Source: Chloroflexota bacterium
Lineage (GTDB): Bacteria > Chloroflexota > UBA11872 > VXOZ01
Direction of reading: 5' to 3'
Length of the DNA stretch: 64,000 bases
Assembly (NCBI GenBank): GCA_965221905.1
Contig: OZ244922.1
Location: 32,001-96,000, forward strand
Within the stretch, counting starts at the first letter, position 1. Every line of letters starts with the position of its first letter. Below the pieces are notes generated by a model that saw only the letters and a program-made list of their open reading frames with translations, ran no database searches and was not told the origin of the DNA. This document shows, piece by piece, positions 1-10,228 of the stretch. The position numbers and the translations under genes were made by a program.

Positions 1-91
1 ATCCGTCTCCCGTTCATGGTTTTCAAGACTAGAGTCTTCTAGTCAAGGAAATCGTCAGCATCGCTAGTTTTGGAGTATTTTCGATTCCATT

Positions 92-3049
92 CTACTCCAA
101 CCGGATACACGCGTGCTCCACGCCGAAGCGCACGAAGGTGTAGTCATCGGTCCAGTTAAGCCAGTCAGAAAAGGTGGCCGGGGAGACGGCCAGGACTTCG
201 CCATCGCGGTGATGGTGGGGGCCGAGCAGGTTATGGAGCGTGCCCACAAGCTCCAATTCCAGCGTATTCTCGCCCTCAACCAATAGGGATGAAATATCGA
301 GCTCATGGGGCCGCCAGACCAGCGTGCCGGCCTCTTTGCCGTTCACGCGCGCAATGGTGACGGTAGCATCGAGCCCGTCGAGCGCCAATGCGGCAGCGCC
401 ACCGTGGCGAGAGACCTGCACCTCCTGCGTGAGCCTGACACGACCGGCATAGAAGGGCAAACCCTGATGCGTGAGATCGCCTGACTGCGCTTGCGTCGGA
501 GCTGAGACGAGCCTAAAGCCATCCTCCGCTTGCTCAACGCCAAATTCGCCAATTATGTAGCAGGCTTCGATCTCCATGTCGAGACTTGTCACGCCCTCCA
601 ACGTAATCGAGTTCGTGCCGGGCCGGGCGAGCGTGCCAATCGGAATGCGCCGGAAAGTGGTATCGAGCCAATAGCCGTCGCCGTCATCATGCTCGACCGC
701 CGTGCCGTTCACCGAGATGCAAAATTCATCCGGACGCTCCACCACCAACGTGAGATCGTGCCCCGTCGCTAGACCGGATTCAAAAGTGTACTGCACGGCA
801 AACGGTACGCCAGTGCCGGTAATCCGGAAGTGTTCCAGGGTACCGGCTCTCCGTGAGATTTCCAGGGCCTTCAGATGGGGCACCGGGTCCTGCCACCCGC
901 CGTCGGCAATGCGATAGGCGCAATAGTCAAGCGTGAGCGCGTTGGGGTCCAGCAATTCCAAGTTCCAGGTAGCACCCGCATCCACTGAGTCGGTATAATT
1001 CGGTGCTGTCGCCGCCTCGCCGGCTTGGCCGCTGGGATCACTGACCAGCAAGTACGAGCCGACCGGGGCAAACGGCAGTGTGATGGCGCCATTACCCGCG
1101 TGATCCTGTGCGGGCAGCGGTTGTACCTCGCCGGTGGCCGCGTCCCACACCTGCCAGTTCCCGGCATCGGGCAAGTGCACGGTGTAGTTGCCGCCCTCGT
1201 CTTGGCTCGTGTTTGCCAAGAAGAGAGTTTGCGCGACGCCGTTGCGCCGCAGGTTGTACCAGACGTGCGGCACCTCGCTGCCATCCCCATTGGTCACCCG
1301 GACCGGCCGCGCCAGGTGCGGCTCCAGCGTCGCCGCCAGGGGTTCGTCTCCAAGTGGCAGCGTCTCACACGCGGCAATCAACGCATCCACGGTGTCGTCG
1401 CGATCGCCTTCAATCAATGTTGGCTTTTCGTCGCAGAAGAACACTACCCCGCCGGCGGCCCTGAACGCCTGAAGTATCTCGACCGTAGTACTCGCCAGAG
1501 TTATGCTCGGCGGTACGATAACCACACGGTAGCGCATCCGGCCGACGACCAAGCAATCGTTTTCCACGCGGGCATGACGCGCCATGATCGACTCATCGCC
1601 AAAGTGGTAGTCGAAGTGCTCTTCCAAGAGCCGTGTTGAAAGCGCAACCCAAGGATCGTTTATTGCCCGTGCTGCCTGGGGGTTCTGCGGACGAAACACC
1701 GACCACGCACTGCTAATTGGATGCACGACGAGGAGGTCTACCACGCGCTCGCCCTGACTGAGCGCATAGGAGAGTCGGGCGTAGTAGTCGTCGATCAAGG
1801 CATTGTGCGGCCACCACGGTTGCTGGTAGAAGATATCCGGCGGGTAGTCCCGCTTGCGCGCGCCACGGAGCGTATACGACGACAGGTGCGGATTGAGGAA
1901 GTTTATTCCCAGCACGCACTGCCAGTCGCCAATCCACTTGCGCCCTTCAAACGAGAGGTTCTGCCCTGAGCAGCCATAGGTCTCAGAAAGAGCCCTTTCT
2001 TTGCCAAGCTGGCAAACGACGCTATCCAACTGCTTGGGCGTCACGAGATCGGCAATGTTGCGGCGCAGGTGGTCGATACCCGGATAGTGCATGTACTCAT
2101 AGTGGGGCATCACCGCGCCAGACACCGGAATCTGCTGCTGGAGCGAATCCTCGTAGAGGTAGTGTCCGGTGAGCTTGAGGTTGTGGGCGTCGCACCACTC
2201 GTAAATCTGCTTTGAGTACGCCTCGACGAATTGCTCCGTGATGGCGCGCCAATAGTGATACCGCACCTTTCGGTAGTCACCGGTGTCAAAAAAGAGCAAC
2301 GGCAGGTGCGGAATTAGGTCATAGCCAAATTTCTCCTCGAAAATCCGGGCAAACCCTTTCGTCCATGGAACGGACATCTCCGGGTACTCCTGATGAAAGG
2401 AGCAAAAATTCGGCTCGTCGGTGAACATGCCGGGAACCACCGTACCGAAGTCGTCGCCTAAGACTTCATGATAAGCGGCATACGTGTTGGTGATGAATTC
2501 ACGCACGCCCTCTACGCTAAGCTGGTCGCTATAGGCCGCCCCGTTGAACCAATCGCTGCCGAGCGGCGCGATCCATTCGTGAAACTGCAGGTAGGTGAGA
2601 TGGGCATCGTCTTGCTGGCCATCTACCAGCCGCACGTCGGTGAGTTTGTCACCATTCAGACGGCCCGCAAATTCCGCCACGCTTTCCGCATAGGTGTCGT
2701 AACGATTGAACACCCTGCAGGCAAGCACGCGCATGCGAAAATCGGGGTCCTTGAGTGCGGTCATGCCGCCTGCGAAGCCGCTCGGCCACTTGTCTTCATC
2801 GTAGAGCCAGGCGTGCATGCCGCGCCGCCGGGCCTCCTCCACACACGTGCGAATGCGGTCCATCCATTCCGGCGTCATGTAAGGCGTCTTTAAACCCAAC
2901 CGGGAGTGCATGAAGAAGCCGCCCCACCCGGCTTTCTCCATCTCGTCGATCTGCCGCACCAACTCGCCGTCTTCCAGCCAGTCATTCCACGACCAGAACG
3001 GCACAGCCCGATATTCGACGCCAGGGTCGCGAAAGGTCTCTCTATCCAT
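92..3049 (-). CDS. Large glycoside hydrolase, GH106/alpha-L-rhamnosidase-like, with C-terminal beta-sandwich domains
   Basis: Motifs PFWSWND, GGFFMHSRLGL, WLYDEDKWPSGFAGG, FTDEP, PGIDHL, SETYGCSG; GGAGG RBS precedes the ATG at 3049 (MDRETF). Confidence 0.75.
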   Translation of the reverse strand: MDRETFRDPGVEYRAVPFWSWNDWLEDGELVRQIDEMEKAGWGGFFMHSRLGLKTPYMTPEWMDRIRTCVEEARRRGMHAWLYDEDKWPSGFAGGMTALKDPDFRMRVLACRVFNRYDTYAESVAEFAGRLNGDKLTDVRLVDGQQDDAHLTYLQFHEWIAPLGSDWFNGAAYSDQLSVEGVREFITNTYAAYHEVLGDDFGTVVPGMFTDEPNFCSFHQEYPEMSVPWTKGFARIFEEKFGYDLIPHLPLLFFDTGDYRKVRYHYWRAITEQFVEAYSKQIYEWCDAHNLKLTGHYLYEDSLQQQIPVSGAVMPHYEYMHYPGIDHLRRNIADLVTPKQLDSVVCQLGKERALSETYGCSGQNLSFEGRKWIGDWQCVLGINFLNPHLSSYTLRGARKRDYPPDIFYQQPWWPHNALIDDYYARLSYALSQGERVVDLLVVHPISSAWSVFRPQNPQAARAINDPWVALSTRLLEEHFDYHFGDESIMARHARVENDCLVVGRMRYRVVIVPPSITLASTTVEILQAFRAAGGVVFFCDEKPTLIEGDRDDTVDALIAACETLPLGDEPLAATLEPHLARPVRVTNGDGSEVPHVWYNLRRNGVAQTLFLANTSQDEGGNYTVHLPDAGNWQVWDAATGEVQPLPAQDHAGNGAITLPFAPVGSYLLVSDPSGQAGEAATAPNYTDSVDAGATWNLELLDPNALTLDYCAYRIADGGWQDPVPHLKALEISRRAGTLEHFRITGTGVPFAVQYTFESGLATGHDLTLVVERPDEFCISVNGTAVEHDDGDGYWLDTTFRRIPIGTLARPGTNSITLEGVTSLDMEIEACYIIGEFGVEQAEDGFRLVSAPTQAQSGDLTHQGLPFYAGRVRLTQEVQVSRHGGAAALALDGLDATVTIARVNGKEAGTLVWRPHELDISSLLVEGENTLELELVGTLHNLLGPHHHRDGEVLAVSPATFSDWLNWTDDYTFVRFGVEHACIRLE

Positions 3050-3269
3050 TACAAGAGCCTCCAAAGGCATTGCATATGAAGCGTTTTGGCAAGTCTATTG
3101 GCTGCATTGTACTCACGCAAGATAGCGAGAGACAAGCAGAAAACACTTCGCAATAGAATCATCAGAACTAGTGTGCTTCTTGAATGAACATGCCAAGATA
3201 CCAGACGAATGGACAGCGCCACTTGAGTCGTTGAAGACCTCTACTAGAATCGAGGTTCAGTCGGACACG

Positions 3270-4286
3270 CTACTGGCGGTTGTGTTCAAACCAACCTGCT
3301 TTAATCTTTCGGGCCAACTTCCTGAAGTCCATTTGTGCATCTTGGGCAGCGGCGGCGTGACCACCAATAGCACCGTCTGCGGGAGTGAGCTTGAAGATGG
3401 GCTTCCGTACTTCCTGAGCCATAGGGACAAGACTCCGGTAATGCTTGACTGTAGCAAGAGAATGTTCATCTTCTTCAGGCGTTCGAGGGTAAGGTCCTGT
3501 CTTATTCATTAGCAGGTTTTCCGCATACTCTCTTGGCATACGATTAACCCACTTATCGTACGCCTTAACAGGCCGAGAAAGACGAATGCTGTGCTGCTGC
3601 ACCACATAACCAATGGGCTGCATGTTGCCTCTGGGAAGTGGGAATGCGGGTGCAGTCCAATTATCTCTTCGCTTTTGCCAGTCTTGCCGCCATGAGCGCA
3701 GGGAAGGGCCCAGGTTTCGCAAGCCTTGCAGGGAAAGCAAGTCGGCCCCCAGAGGGACGACTACATAGTCGGTAGCTATTAAGGCTGAACGGTTGATGGC
3801 GCCAAGGTTTGGGCCAACATCAGCTAGAATTATCGAAGCATTCATTGCTTCTGCCCCTGCCTGCATAATGGTCGAAAACGCAGTCAAAATCCGAAATGGT
3901 CTAAAAAGATCACTGGACCCAAGCGCGTTCGGCCATTCAGCAGATAAGGTGTCCTCAAAGCCAGCCAACGCCAAGTCTCCCGGAAGCAAGCTGAGTTGCT
4001 CTGTAATCTGTTGAAGATCAGGCTGTTGCAGATCGCCAACTCGCATTAGCGGTTCTACACATTGGAATATAGTGCTTGCGGCTGAAGAAGCACTGTGATT
4101 TCCATTCCAAAGGGTCTCGACACGCTCATCTTCAAGAAACATGCTCGTAAGGTTCGCTTGCGGATCTAGGTCTGCGGCAACAACTCTAATCCCTAAGTCG
4201 GCGTACATCCACGCCAAGTGATAGACGAGAGAGGTCTTGCCAACCCCGCCCTTGTTATTGAAAAAGGTGAGAACGGGTACACTCAC
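3270..4286 (-). CDS. ParA/Soj-like ATPase (no ParB nearby)
   Basis: Deviant Walker A NNKGGVGKTS, DLDPQANLT, Walker B region ILADVGPNLGAINRSAL; GTG start 2 nt after the stop of the upstream gene. Confidence 0.85.
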   Translation of the reverse strand: MSVPVLTFFNNKGGVGKTSLVYHLAWMYADLGIRVVAADLDPQANLTSMFLEDERVETLWNGNHSASSAASTIFQCVEPLMRVGDLQQPDLQQITEQLSLLPGDLALAGFEDTLSAEWPNALGSSDLFRPFRILTAFSTIMQAGAEAMNASIILADVGPNLGAINRSALIATDYVVVPLGADLLSLQGLRNLGPSLRSWRQDWQKRRDNWTAPAFPLPRGNMQPIGYVVQQHSIRLSRPVKAYDKWVNRMPREYAENLLMNKTGPYPRTPEEDEHSLATVKHYRSLVPMAQEVRKPIFKLTPADGAIGGHAAAAQDAQMDFRKLARKIKAGWFEHNRQ

Positions 4287-4288
4287 TG

Positions 4289-5512
4289 CTATTGCCTCTC
4301 CTCTTTGGACTTCGCCCTAATCGTCACAAAGACATGGTTTTCAGGGAAAGCGAATTCCGGTTCAGGATGACCGGCCTCTTCCAGGAGTTGGCGGGCCCTT
4401 GGTATACCGTAGCCAAAGCGCTGCACGAAGCCAAGGGTTTTCATAGCATCCGCCACGTTCGGATTGCGGTAATCAACAATACCAAACGAACCGAGATTGT
4501 CGGCAGTAACCGCCCCGAATAGGCCGCCGGGACTGATTACTTCGAGGCGATCGTTATACCAGTAGACCCTCACCGGCGCGTTTGTTTCCTCATACGTACG
4601 ATGCATAATGGCGTTTAGGATGATCTGCTGAATAGCTGCGTTGGGATAGAGACTAGTCCGCCGTTCGACCAGGCCGGAGATGATGTCAACTGCAGTCCGA
4701 TTGTGAGCGATCAGCTTCTCATCCAAGCGTCGGACAATGTCCGGGATAGTGCCACGAAACTCCTGGCTGTCAATGATGTCGCTTGTTATGTCCGGGCCAT
4801 TCAGCCGAAGGAATTGAACATAAGCTCCCGGCAAGAAATCCTGCGGGTTCTTCCCAATCATCAATATCCCCAACACGGTGGGCAAAGGTTCTCTAGCGGT
4901 CGCGGTCATCTTCGTCGCGGCCAATTGCTCTTGAGTGCTGCGCTCATTGGCTTCGAGGATGTCTGGCGAAAAAGCCTGTGTCAGATACTCATGCTCAAAC
5001 TGAGGCAGGTTTAGATCGCTCAACGTGGCAGAAGGAATAGGTTGTATGTCGAACGGAATGTCTCTATAGCGGCGTTTCTCATTGAGAATGCGTTCATCCT
5101 GCGCAGTTGCAGTCCCTCTCCGAGAGCCAATGCGGACATGCACGCGGCCGTCATAACGGACTGGCGGCGAATCGGACGGCTGCACCGCAATCACAGCAAC
5201 TTCGTTTCCACTAACAGAACGTCGCTCTACTGTCAGCGAGGGCGGCGGCACAATGTTGCCATCGGTTTTCATATCCGCCAGTTGCCGGAGTAGCTCATCT
5301 GTGACCGACAAGCCGGCAACAGTGCCATCATCCCGCACGCCCACGAATACAAACCCCTGCTTGCGGTGGTCGGGTAGATCATTAGCAAAAGCGCATATGG
5401 CTTCACGAATCTTCTTGGGCGCATCGCCGCGCAAGGACTCCTTGAACTCGACGCGGTCCGATTCACCTTCACGCAATTGCTGAATCACGTCGTCATTATC
5501 AAGGTCTGTCAT
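4289..5512 (-). CDS. Schlafen/AlbA_2 domain + RecG-C-like HATPase domain protein
   Basis: ESDRVEFKES, ICAFAN, GVRDDG at the N-terminus; NAIMHRTY, ISPGG, YRNP, VQRFGYGI at the C-terminus; the longer ORF start (5626) reads through a REP, so the ATG at 5512 is preferred. Confidence 0.85.
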   Translation of the reverse strand: MTDLDNDDVIQQLREGESDRVEFKESLRGDAPKKIREAICAFANDLPDHRKQGFVFVGVRDDGTVAGLSVTDELLRQLADMKTDGNIVPPPSLTVERRSVSGNEVAVIAVQPSDSPPVRYDGRVHVRIGSRRGTATAQDERILNEKRRYRDIPFDIQPIPSATLSDLNLPQFEHEYLTQAFSPDILEANERSTQEQLAATKMTATAREPLPTVLGILMIGKNPQDFLPGAYVQFLRLNGPDITSDIIDSQEFRGTIPDIVRRLDEKLIAHNRTAVDIISGLVERRTSLYPNAAIQQIILNAIMHRTYEETNAPVRVYWYNDRLEVISPGGLFGAVTADNLGSFGIVDYRNPNVADAMKTLGFVQRFGYGIPRARQLLEEAGHPEPEFAFPENHVFVTIRAKSKEERQ

Positions 5513-5580
5513 CGTGAATGCTTCGCTCTTGGCACCGGCACAGCCGACGTTTTGCTCGCCGTTGAGGCGCAAACTGCATA

Positions 5581-5608
5581 GTAGAGGCACGACATGTCGT
5601 GCCCCTAC
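5581..5608. repeat. GTAG-type REP palindrome GTAGGGGCACGACATGTCGTGCCCCTAC (family A)
   Basis: Near-perfect 28-bp palindrome; copies at 5581, 12701, 34086, 34927, 54847, 56404; variant GTAGGGGCGGTTCGCGAACCGCCCCTAC at 8957-8984; all intergenic. Confidence 0.9.
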
Positions 5609-5670
5609 ACATCCTAAATCGTTCACAACAAACAGCGCCCGCAGCGGCCCAGAACGCTAAACTAGGCAGG

Positions 5671-7011
5671 CTATTTGCCCGTGATGCGGTAGATCGTGCC
5701 GTTGCGGATGATCACGTACACCTCACCCTGGGCATCCTCGCCGAATGAGGTAATTTCCGACGGCGCGATCAGAAGCACCGTGCGCAGCCAGGCGCCGTCG
5801 GCCTGGGGTGTGAGCGTCCAGACGATGCCGGAACAGTAGTCGCCAAAGATGTAATTGCCGACGAGCGCCGGGAGGTTTTTGCCGCGATAGACATAGCCGC
5901 CGGTCACGGAGCAGCCCTCGTCGCGGCCGTACTCCGCAATCGGGAAGACCATCTCCCTACGGACCATTCCCGCTCTATTGCCTTCGCTACCGAAGGGCTG
6001 ACTACCCTCAAACCCATTCCAGCCGTAGTTCTCGCCGCCCGGACTGGAAGCCGGCTGGAAATTCACCTCTTCCAGTTTATTCTGACCCACGTCGGCGATA
6101 AAGAGATCGCCCGTAACGCGGTCGAACGAGAAGCGCCAGGCGTTGCGCAGCCCCCACGCCCAGATCTCCGGCAGCGGTCCTTCATGTCCGACGAACGGGT
6201 TGTCCGCGGGGACGGCGTAGCCGCCGCCTGTGCGCACGTCGATGCGGAGCAGCGTGCCAAGCAGCGTTCCCCGATTCTGCCCGTGGCCCTGCGGATCGCC
6301 GCCGGAGCCGCCGTCACCGAGCCCGATATACAGGTAGCCGTCGGGGCCGAATTTGATCTGACCGCCGTTGTGGTTTCCATACGGTTGATCCGCCTGCAGC
6401 AGCACCTCTTCGCTATTGGGATCAGCCGCATCGGGGTTGTCGGCTGAGACGCGGTAGCGGGCAACCGCAGTATCCCCGCCTTTGTCCGTGTAGTAAACGT
6501 AGAAGATGCCGTTCGCCCCGTAATCGGGATCGAATGCCATGCTCAACAGGCCCTGCTCGTTGGCGTTGGAACCCACGCGCGACCGAATCTCGAGGAAGAG
6601 CGGTTCTTGGCGTCGACCGTCTTTGAGGATGGCGATAGTACCGTACTGCTCCACTACGAAGAGCCGACCGCTGGCATCGCCGGGCGCATACGTAAGGTAG
6701 AGAGGACGATTGAACCCGGCGCCGACCTCTTCTAGACCATACGCGCTTTCTGCCGGCGGTTGTGGGGTGCTTTCGGCGGCCGCTGGCGCTGCGGTGGGCA
6801 CGCTCGTTGCCTCTGGCTCAGGCAGTGCGGTCGGCACAGTCTGCGTGGGAATGGCCGTGCTGATCACCGGTGTTGGGGTGGACGGATCAGGCTCCTCACC
6901 ACCACACCCGTTCAAGAGAAAGCCGGTCAATACGACCAGCAGCGAAAGTACTCCCAGCCTGAAAACTGTCAGCCCACGACTCGATGCGTGCACACTTGCC
7001 ATTCTGTTCAT
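5671..7011 (-). CDS. PQQ-dependent sugar (glucose/sorbosone) dehydrogenase-family lipoprotein
   Basis: Lipobox LLNGC, P/T/A-rich linker, EQGLLSMAFDP, NHNGGQIKFGPDG, GLRNAWRFSFD, DVGQNKLEE. Confidence 0.9.
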   Translation of the reverse strand: MNRMASVHASSRGLTVFRLGVLSLLVVLTGFLLNGCGGEEPDPSTPTPVISTAIPTQTVPTALPEPEATSVPTAAPAAAESTPQPPAESAYGLEEVGAGFNRPLYLTYAPGDASGRLFVVEQYGTIAILKDGRRQEPLFLEIRSRVGSNANEQGLLSMAFDPDYGANGIFYVYYTDKGGDTAVARYRVSADNPDAADPNSEEVLLQADQPYGNHNGGQIKFGPDGYLYIGLGDGGSGGDPQGHGQNRGTLLGTLLRIDVRTGGGYAVPADNPFVGHEGPLPEIWAWGLRNAWRFSFDRVTGDLFIADVGQNKLEEVNFQPASSPGGENYGWNGFEGSQPFGSEGNRAGMVRREMVFPIAEYGRDEGCSVTGGYVYRGKNLPALVGNYIFGDYCSGIVWTLTPQADGAWLRTVLLIAPSEITSFGEDAQGEVYVIIRNGTIYRITGK

Positions 7012-7203
7012 AGAGCTACCCTATCCTGCGCGTTAGTTGACCAAGAACACCGAGATTATTCCTATTTCGCATCAGCCGCAGCACGAACCGTGTTGAACGC
7101 ACCGCCCTAGCGGCCTCTCCTCATTTCCATGATACACTGGGTAGCGCCGCATCGGCAGCAGATCGAATCTCCGGATTGATCTCATATTAAGAGGCGCAGT
7201 CAA

Positions 7204-7620
7204 TTGAATCGCGAGGCCGAGCCGATCACATCCGATTTCTTCCCTCCTGCCTACGTTCGGCGGTGCCGCGCGGCGCGCAGAGAGATGTCTTCAATCTGGA
7301 CGCCGACGGTCGGCGATTGGGTGATGCAGGATGACGCTCTGCGCCTTCTCGATGAGAAAGAGGCGACACGCGGGAGCGAGCTCTTAACCGACCGCGCCGT
7401 GTGCTGGCTGCCACGCCTCGACCAACTGCTGGCGTTGCTGAACGCGGTCTCGCCGCACACTGTCTTGGACTGCTATAAGGGCGACTTTGCCTGCATCTGC
7501 TTTGACGAGGTGAGCCGCCGCATCGCGGACGTGGTATCGGAAACGCCTGAGCTCGCCTGCTTGCAAGCCTACCTGTTCATCCGGGCAGAGATAGCCGCGC
7601 ATGAGAGCCAGCAGCAATAG
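7204..7620 (+). CDS. Hypothetical protein
   Basis: 138-aa ORF, TTG start after AAGAGG, protein-like composition, ends 19 nt before the next gene. Confidence 0.6.
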   Translation: MNREAEPITSDFFPPAYVRRCRAARREMSSIWTPTVGDWVMQDDALRLLDEKEATRGSELLTDRAVCWLPRLDQLLALLNAVSPHTVLDCYKGDFACICFDEVSRRIADVVSETPELACLQAYLFIRAEIAAHESQQQ

Positions 7621-7639
7621 CAGCCGGAACACATGCGCC

Positions 7640-8869
7640 ATGCAGGCAACCTACCTCGCCGACCTTCACCTGCACTCATCGTTTGCAATTGCTACAGCGA
7701 ATGACATCACTGTTCCCGCACTGGCCCATTGGGCGCGGCGCAAGGGCATCCAACTCCTGGCCTCCGCTGACTTCACGCACCCAGTCTGGCGCGCCCATCT
7801 GCAGGAGACTCTGCAACCCGCTGCGGGCGACCTCTTTATCTACGAGGACACCCACTTCATCCTCGGTACCGAACTCTCCTGCGTCTTCAAACATGCGGGC
7901 AAGGGCCGCCGCATGCACTTGCTGGTGTACGTTCCGAGCTTTACTACTATCGAGAAGATCTGCCGGTTCCTGGAGCGCGTTGGAGCGAAGCTCGCCGGGG
8001 ATGGCCGTCCGCTCATTTCCCTGCACGCGCGTGAACTGACGGCGGCAATCCTGGAGATCGACCCCCGCAGTATCATCGTACCCGCCCACGCCTGGACGCC
8101 TTGGTACGCGCTCTTTGGTTCCAAGTCCGGTTTCGATTCCCTTGAAGAGTGCTTTGGTGAATTGACGTCAGCGATTCCCGCGCTGGAAACGGGCCTTTCG
8201 AGCGATCCCGCCATGAATTGGCGCGTGCCGGACGCCGACGGCCGCAGCATCGTTTCGTTTTCCGATGCGCACTCCCTGCGGAATTTAGGGCGCGAAGCGA
8301 CCGCGTTTCAGGGACCACTGACGTTTGACGGCCTCGCCGCGGCTCTTAGAGAAGAACGCATTGCCTACACGGTGGAATACTACCCGGAAGAGGGCAAATA
8401 CCACGCGACCGGCCACCGCGCCTGCAACGTGCGCTACCTACCGGCGGATACGCAAGCCAGGGGCACGTCGTGTCCCGTCTGCGGTCGTCCCCTCACGGTG
8501 GGCGTGCTCGAGCGCGTGGAGGCGCTGGCCGCCCGGCCGGAATTTTCTATGATAGCTGATGAGCGAGGTTTTCTGCATGGACCGGACGGCCGCCCACCCT
8601 TCAAGCGCGTGGTCCCGCTTATGCAGATCCTAGCCGAATGCCTTGGCGTCGGCGAGCGCACCAAGACGGTTGCACGCGCCTATACGGAGTTTACTGACGA
8701 ACTCGGTTCAGAGTTCGCCGTGCTGCTGGATGCCCCTTTGGAAGCGATAGCTGGCGTGGCCGGAGAGCGGATAGCTGAAGGCATTGCGCGCATGCGGACC
8801 GGCGACGTGGCGGTCGAACCAGGCTATGACGGAGTCTACGGCACCGTGCGCATCTGGCCGGATAGGTAA
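7640..8869 (+). CDS. Endonuclease Q-family PHP-domain protein
   Basis: ADLHLHS, ADFTHP, PAHAWTPW, ETGLSSDP, SDAHS, GKYH-GHRAC...CPVCG zinc site, PGYDGVYG. Confidence 0.9.
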   Translation: MQATYLADLHLHSSFAIATANDITVPALAHWARRKGIQLLASADFTHPVWRAHLQETLQPAAGDLFIYEDTHFILGTELSCVFKHAGKGRRMHLLVYVPSFTTIEKICRFLERVGAKLAGDGRPLISLHARELTAAILEIDPRSIIVPAHAWTPWYALFGSKSGFDSLEECFGELTSAIPALETGLSSDPAMNWRVPDADGRSIVSFSDAHSLRNLGREATAFQGPLTFDGLAAALREERIAYTVEYYPEEGKYHATGHRACNVRYLPADTQARGTSCPVCGRPLTVGVLERVEALAARPEFSMIADERGFLHGPDGRPPFKRVVPLMQILAECLGVGERTKTVARAYTEFTDELGSEFAVLLDAPLEAIAGVAGERIAEGIARMRTGDVAVEPGYDGVYGTVRIWPDR

Positions 8870-8997
8870 CGCACGAGGCATTGCATCGTATTACGCCCTC
8901 CCTTGCAGGAGTCTACGCACCGCGTCGAGCGAATGCTAGTTTCCCATTGGAAGGCTGTAGGGGCGGTTCGCGAACCGCCCCTACGCAATCACAATCT

Positions 8998-10164
8998 TCA
9001 CCGCGGCATGGCGGCCATGATGGCGATGGCGCGTTCGATCTCTTCCTCGCTATTCATGAAGGCGGTGCAGAGGCGCACGCCTTGCATGCCGTCGTGCATG
9101 AGCGAGCGGCACCAGACCTTATGCTCATGCAGGTAGGCGGCGAGGTCATCGCCCGTAACCCCTTCGACACCGTACGCCACGATGCCCGTGTAGGCATCGG
9201 GGTGCTCAGGATCGTAGCAGACCACTTTCGGGTGCTTTAGCAGCTCGCCGCGCAGCCAACGCGAGAGGTGTTTACTGCGCTCCTCGATCACGCTGATGCC
9301 GAAGCTTTCCAGGTACTCCACGGCAACGCCCAGCCCCGCCATAGTGGGAAAGTTCACCGAACCCCATTCCAGCCGCTGGGGATAGGGCTGCCAATCAACT
9401 TCGCCGGTCTCGAAATCTATGTGGCGGGCCACGTGACTGCCGGACCAGGAGAGCTGCAGCACGTCACGCATGCGTTCGGCCACGTAGAAACAGCCCGTAC
9501 CATAGGGACCGAGCATCCACTTGTAGCCGAGCACGGCGTAGAAGTCGGGATCGATGGCGGCAATGTCCACGTCGAGTTGGCCGACGGCCTGCCCGCCGTC
9601 AAAGTAGACAAACGCGCCCTGTTCCCGGGCCAGGCGGCACATCTCCGCCACGGGCAACTCCGTGCCGCGGTCCTGCATCACGTGGCTCATCGCGACGAGC
9701 TTGGTACGCGGGGAGAGCAGCGCCTCGAAATTGGCGAGATTCTCTTCCGGTGTCGCGCCAACCGGCATATGGTGGACCACCGCCCCGTACCGTTTGCGGC
9801 CGATGTTATAGAGCGGCAGCCAGAGCGCATCGTCTTCCTCATTGCTGGTAATGATTTCGTCACCCGGTACAAGCGGCAGGCCGGAGACCACCATACTGAT
9901 GCTGTTGGAGACGTTGTTCACCATCGAGATCGTATCGGCAGGCACGTTAAATAACCGCGCCAGCGCCTCCCGCGTGTGTTGCTTGTGCAGAAAGCGCTCG
10001 TCACGACGGCTCTGCAGCCACGGGCCGTTCTCGAAGAAGAACTGCCACCGGTCTGTCACTTCTTCCAGCACCGGCCGGGCGTTCATCCCGATGCCGGCCG
10101 TGTGGAGGTAGATGCCGTGTTGCAGCGCCGGAAAGTCTTCGCGAATGCGCGGAATGTCCAACAT
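8998..10164 (-). CDS. Class V PLP aminotransferase (cysteine desulfurase-like fold)
   Basis: IREDFPAL, DGGQAVG, GYKWMLGPYGTG, FMNSEEEI. Confidence 0.85.
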   Translation of the reverse strand: MLDIPRIREDFPALQHGIYLHTAGIGMNARPVLEEVTDRWQFFFENGPWLQSRRDERFLHKQHTREALARLFNVPADTISMVNNVSNSISMVVSGLPLVPGDEIITSNEEDDALWLPLYNIGRKRYGAVVHHMPVGATPEENLANFEALLSPRTKLVAMSHVMQDRGTELPVAEMCRLAREQGAFVYFDGGQAVGQLDVDIAAIDPDFYAVLGYKWMLGPYGTGCFYVAERMRDVLQLSWSGSHVARHIDFETGEVDWQPYPQRLEWGSVNFPTMAGLGVAVEYLESFGISVIEERSKHLSRWLRGELLKHPKVVCYDPEHPDAYTGIVAYGVEGVTGDDLAAYLHEHKVWCRSLMHDGMQGVRLCTAFMNSEEEIERAIAIMAAMPR

Positions 10165-10228
10165 GCCTATTCCTCTTATCCTTGTCTGCCTAAATGCTCT
10201 TGTGCCGCCGTGTCCCGTCGGCCCGCGT

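Noticed and set aside
27-44. Palindrome GACTAGA-N4-TCTAGTC near a possible minus-strand ATG at 17
   Set aside because: Single short instance at the window edge; cannot tell an operator from chance
3032-3040. AAAGGTCTC resembling the MITE end
   Set aside because: Lies inside the glycoside hydrolase coding sequence (RETFR), with no partner end or TSD
5513-5626. N-terminal extension of the AlbA ORF (VGARHVVPL)
   Set aside because: This is a translated REP A; the same peptide appears in several spurious intergenic ORFs
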